Source: Lama guanicoe (taxonomy: Eukaryota). Taken from it: a stretch of DNA of 64,000 nucleotides. The position numbers and the translations under genes are program-made. The notes under the pieces are model-generated. The model searched no databases, was not told the DNA's origin, and saw nothing but the letters and a program-made list of their open reading frames with translations. The DNA lies in the NCBI GenBank assembly GCA_013239625.1, contig MU054220.1:3163374-3227373 (forward strand), in the 5' to 3' direction. Positions 62,381 to 64,000 of the stretch are shown piece by piece (position 1 is the stretch's first letter; every line of letters begins with the position of its first letter).

Positions 62381-63005
62381 GGAAAAGATTGTTAAAATTG
62401 ATAAACCCCTAGCAACACTGAATAAGAGGAAGAGAGAAAGCACAAATTACCACTATCTGAAATGAAAAAGGGATATCACCACACACCTTAGACGCATAAA
62501 AATAAATAATAAGAGGATATTCTGATCAATTTTATTCCAATGAATGTAAAACGTTTTAAAGAAATGAGCAATTCCATGAAAAAGACAACTTACAAAATGG
62601 ACACAAAAAGAAATAGAAAATCTGAATTGTACCGTAGTTATTAAAGATTGAATCCATAACTAAATATTTTTTTCACCAAGGAAACTATAGGCTTTTATGG
62701 ATCCACTGTGGAATTCTTCAAAACATTTAGGGAAGAAGTACAAACTCTTCCAAAGAATAGAAAAAAGAGAGCACTTAGCCTGCTTTTTGATGTCAGCATA
62801 ACTTTGGTACCCAAACCTGATAAAGACATTCCAAACAGAACCCAATGATACATAAAATGGGTAATGTATCACAACCCAGTTGGATTTATTCCAGGAATAT
62901 ATCTACTGAGATGATCAGGTCATTTTCTTCTTTGTTCTATTAATATTATAAGCTATAAAGATTGAATGTTAAACCAACCTTGCATTCCTGGAATAAACCC
63001 AAACT
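62372..63005. mobile_element. L1 ORF2 fragment (+, to 62898) followed by its continuation inverted (-, 62900-63005)
   Basis: aaaattgataaacccctagc...ggatttattccaggaat, then the reverse strand reads gggtttattccaggaatgcaaggttggtttaacatt. Confidence 0.8.
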
Positions 63006-63019
63006 CAGAGAAAAGTCAA

Positions 63020-64000
63020 TTCTACACAGCCCTGCAGTTTATGTATTACCTTTTGGACCCCACCTCCTACCACTCTCCCCTGGTTCACTCTACTCCAGCC
63101 ACATGGCCTCCTGCCTCTCCACCAACACCCAGGCATGTTCCTGCCTCAGAAACATTGAATTTGCTGCTCCTGTGCCTGCATCACCTTTCTCCCAGACAAC
63201 TGCCTGTCTGGTTCCCTCACTTTATTTTCTCAGAATCCACCTTCTCAGTGAGGTTTTCCTGACTGTACTATCTAAAATGTCTATCCCTCTCCCACTCCTG
63301 ATCATTTCTAGCCCCCTTTCCTCCTTCATTTTTTATCCTTAGCATTTACTACCATCTAACAGGCTATACATTTTATTTATTTTGTGTGATGGTGGATTTT
63401 ATGTGACAACTTGACTGGGCCATGGAATGCCCAGATAGCTGGTTAAATGTTATTTCTGGGCATGTCTGTGTGGGTGTTTCTGGAAGAGATTAGCATTTGA
63501 AGTTGTAGACTGAGTAAAGCAGATTGGTTCTCTCCAATACTGGATTGAGTTGGCATCAACTGGATGAGTGGGCCTCATCCAATCCATTGAGGGTCTGGAA
63601 ATGGAACAAAAAGGCAGAAGAATGTTAAATTCACGCTCTACCTGACTGTTGAGCTGGGACATTGTCTTCTGCCCTCAGAGATCCTAGTTCTCAGATCTCC
63701 AGATCCCGATTGGAATCCACACCACTGATTCTCTGGCTCTCTGGTCTTTACACTACACCATGAGCTTTCTTGGGTCTCTGGTTTGTAGAATTCAGATCAT
63801 GGGACATCTCAGCCTCCATAAATTGTCTGTGCCCATATCTTATAATATATATTGTGGTTCTCTTTCTCTAAAAAACCTTGACTAATACATTTCATTTACT
63901 GTATGTCTTCCCTAATTAAAGCAAAAGCTATATGAGTGTAGGGATGATTTTGGTCTGTTTTTGTACTGCTGAATCTCTAGCATCTAGAACAGTGCCTGAC
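63020..64000 (+). mobile_element. L2 3' relic split by an MLT2 LTR
   Basis: cactctactccagccacatggcctcct...ttctcagtgaggttttcctgac...catctagaacagtgcctgac. Confidence 0.85.
63385..63889 (+). mobile_element. MLT2-like ERVL solo LTR
   Basis: tgtgatggtggattttatgtgacaacttgactgggcca start; ccttgactaataca end. Confidence 0.9.

Noticed and set aside
1..64000. Assignment to a named gene or locus
   Set aside because: No exon or landmark was recognised. BLAST of the unique islands (for example 20600-20790, 35200-35420, 40680-40860) would be needed.

Overview
Non-coding placental-mammal DNA, most likely camelid: it has four copies of a tRNA-Ala(AGC)-headed SINE resembling vic-1, plus artiodactyl-type L1 3' ends. 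I recognise no protein-coding exon, rRNA or true tRNA gene. The ORFs in the track are chance ORFs or broken L1 ORF1/ORF2 remnants. The window looks like a large intron or gene desert, dense in MIR, L2 and L3/CR1 relics, old and younger L1s, ERVL/MaLR/ERV1 solo LTRs and hAT MITEs. Between the repeats are unique islands with transcription-factor motif clusters (about 5.2, 7.5, 20.7, 35.2, 40.7, 53.5 and 54.65 kb). I found no clear new biological system. The strongest directly visible oddities are DNA-repair and retrotransposition scars: a 40-bp insertion copied from about 950 bp away at the broken end of a twin-primed L1, a fold-back palindrome inside another L1, and a micro-inversion. There is also an orphan promoter-like module with NRF1, CCAAT, ISRE and kB motifs. 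Repeat subfamily names and boundaries are by-eye recognition, not RepeatMasker output.
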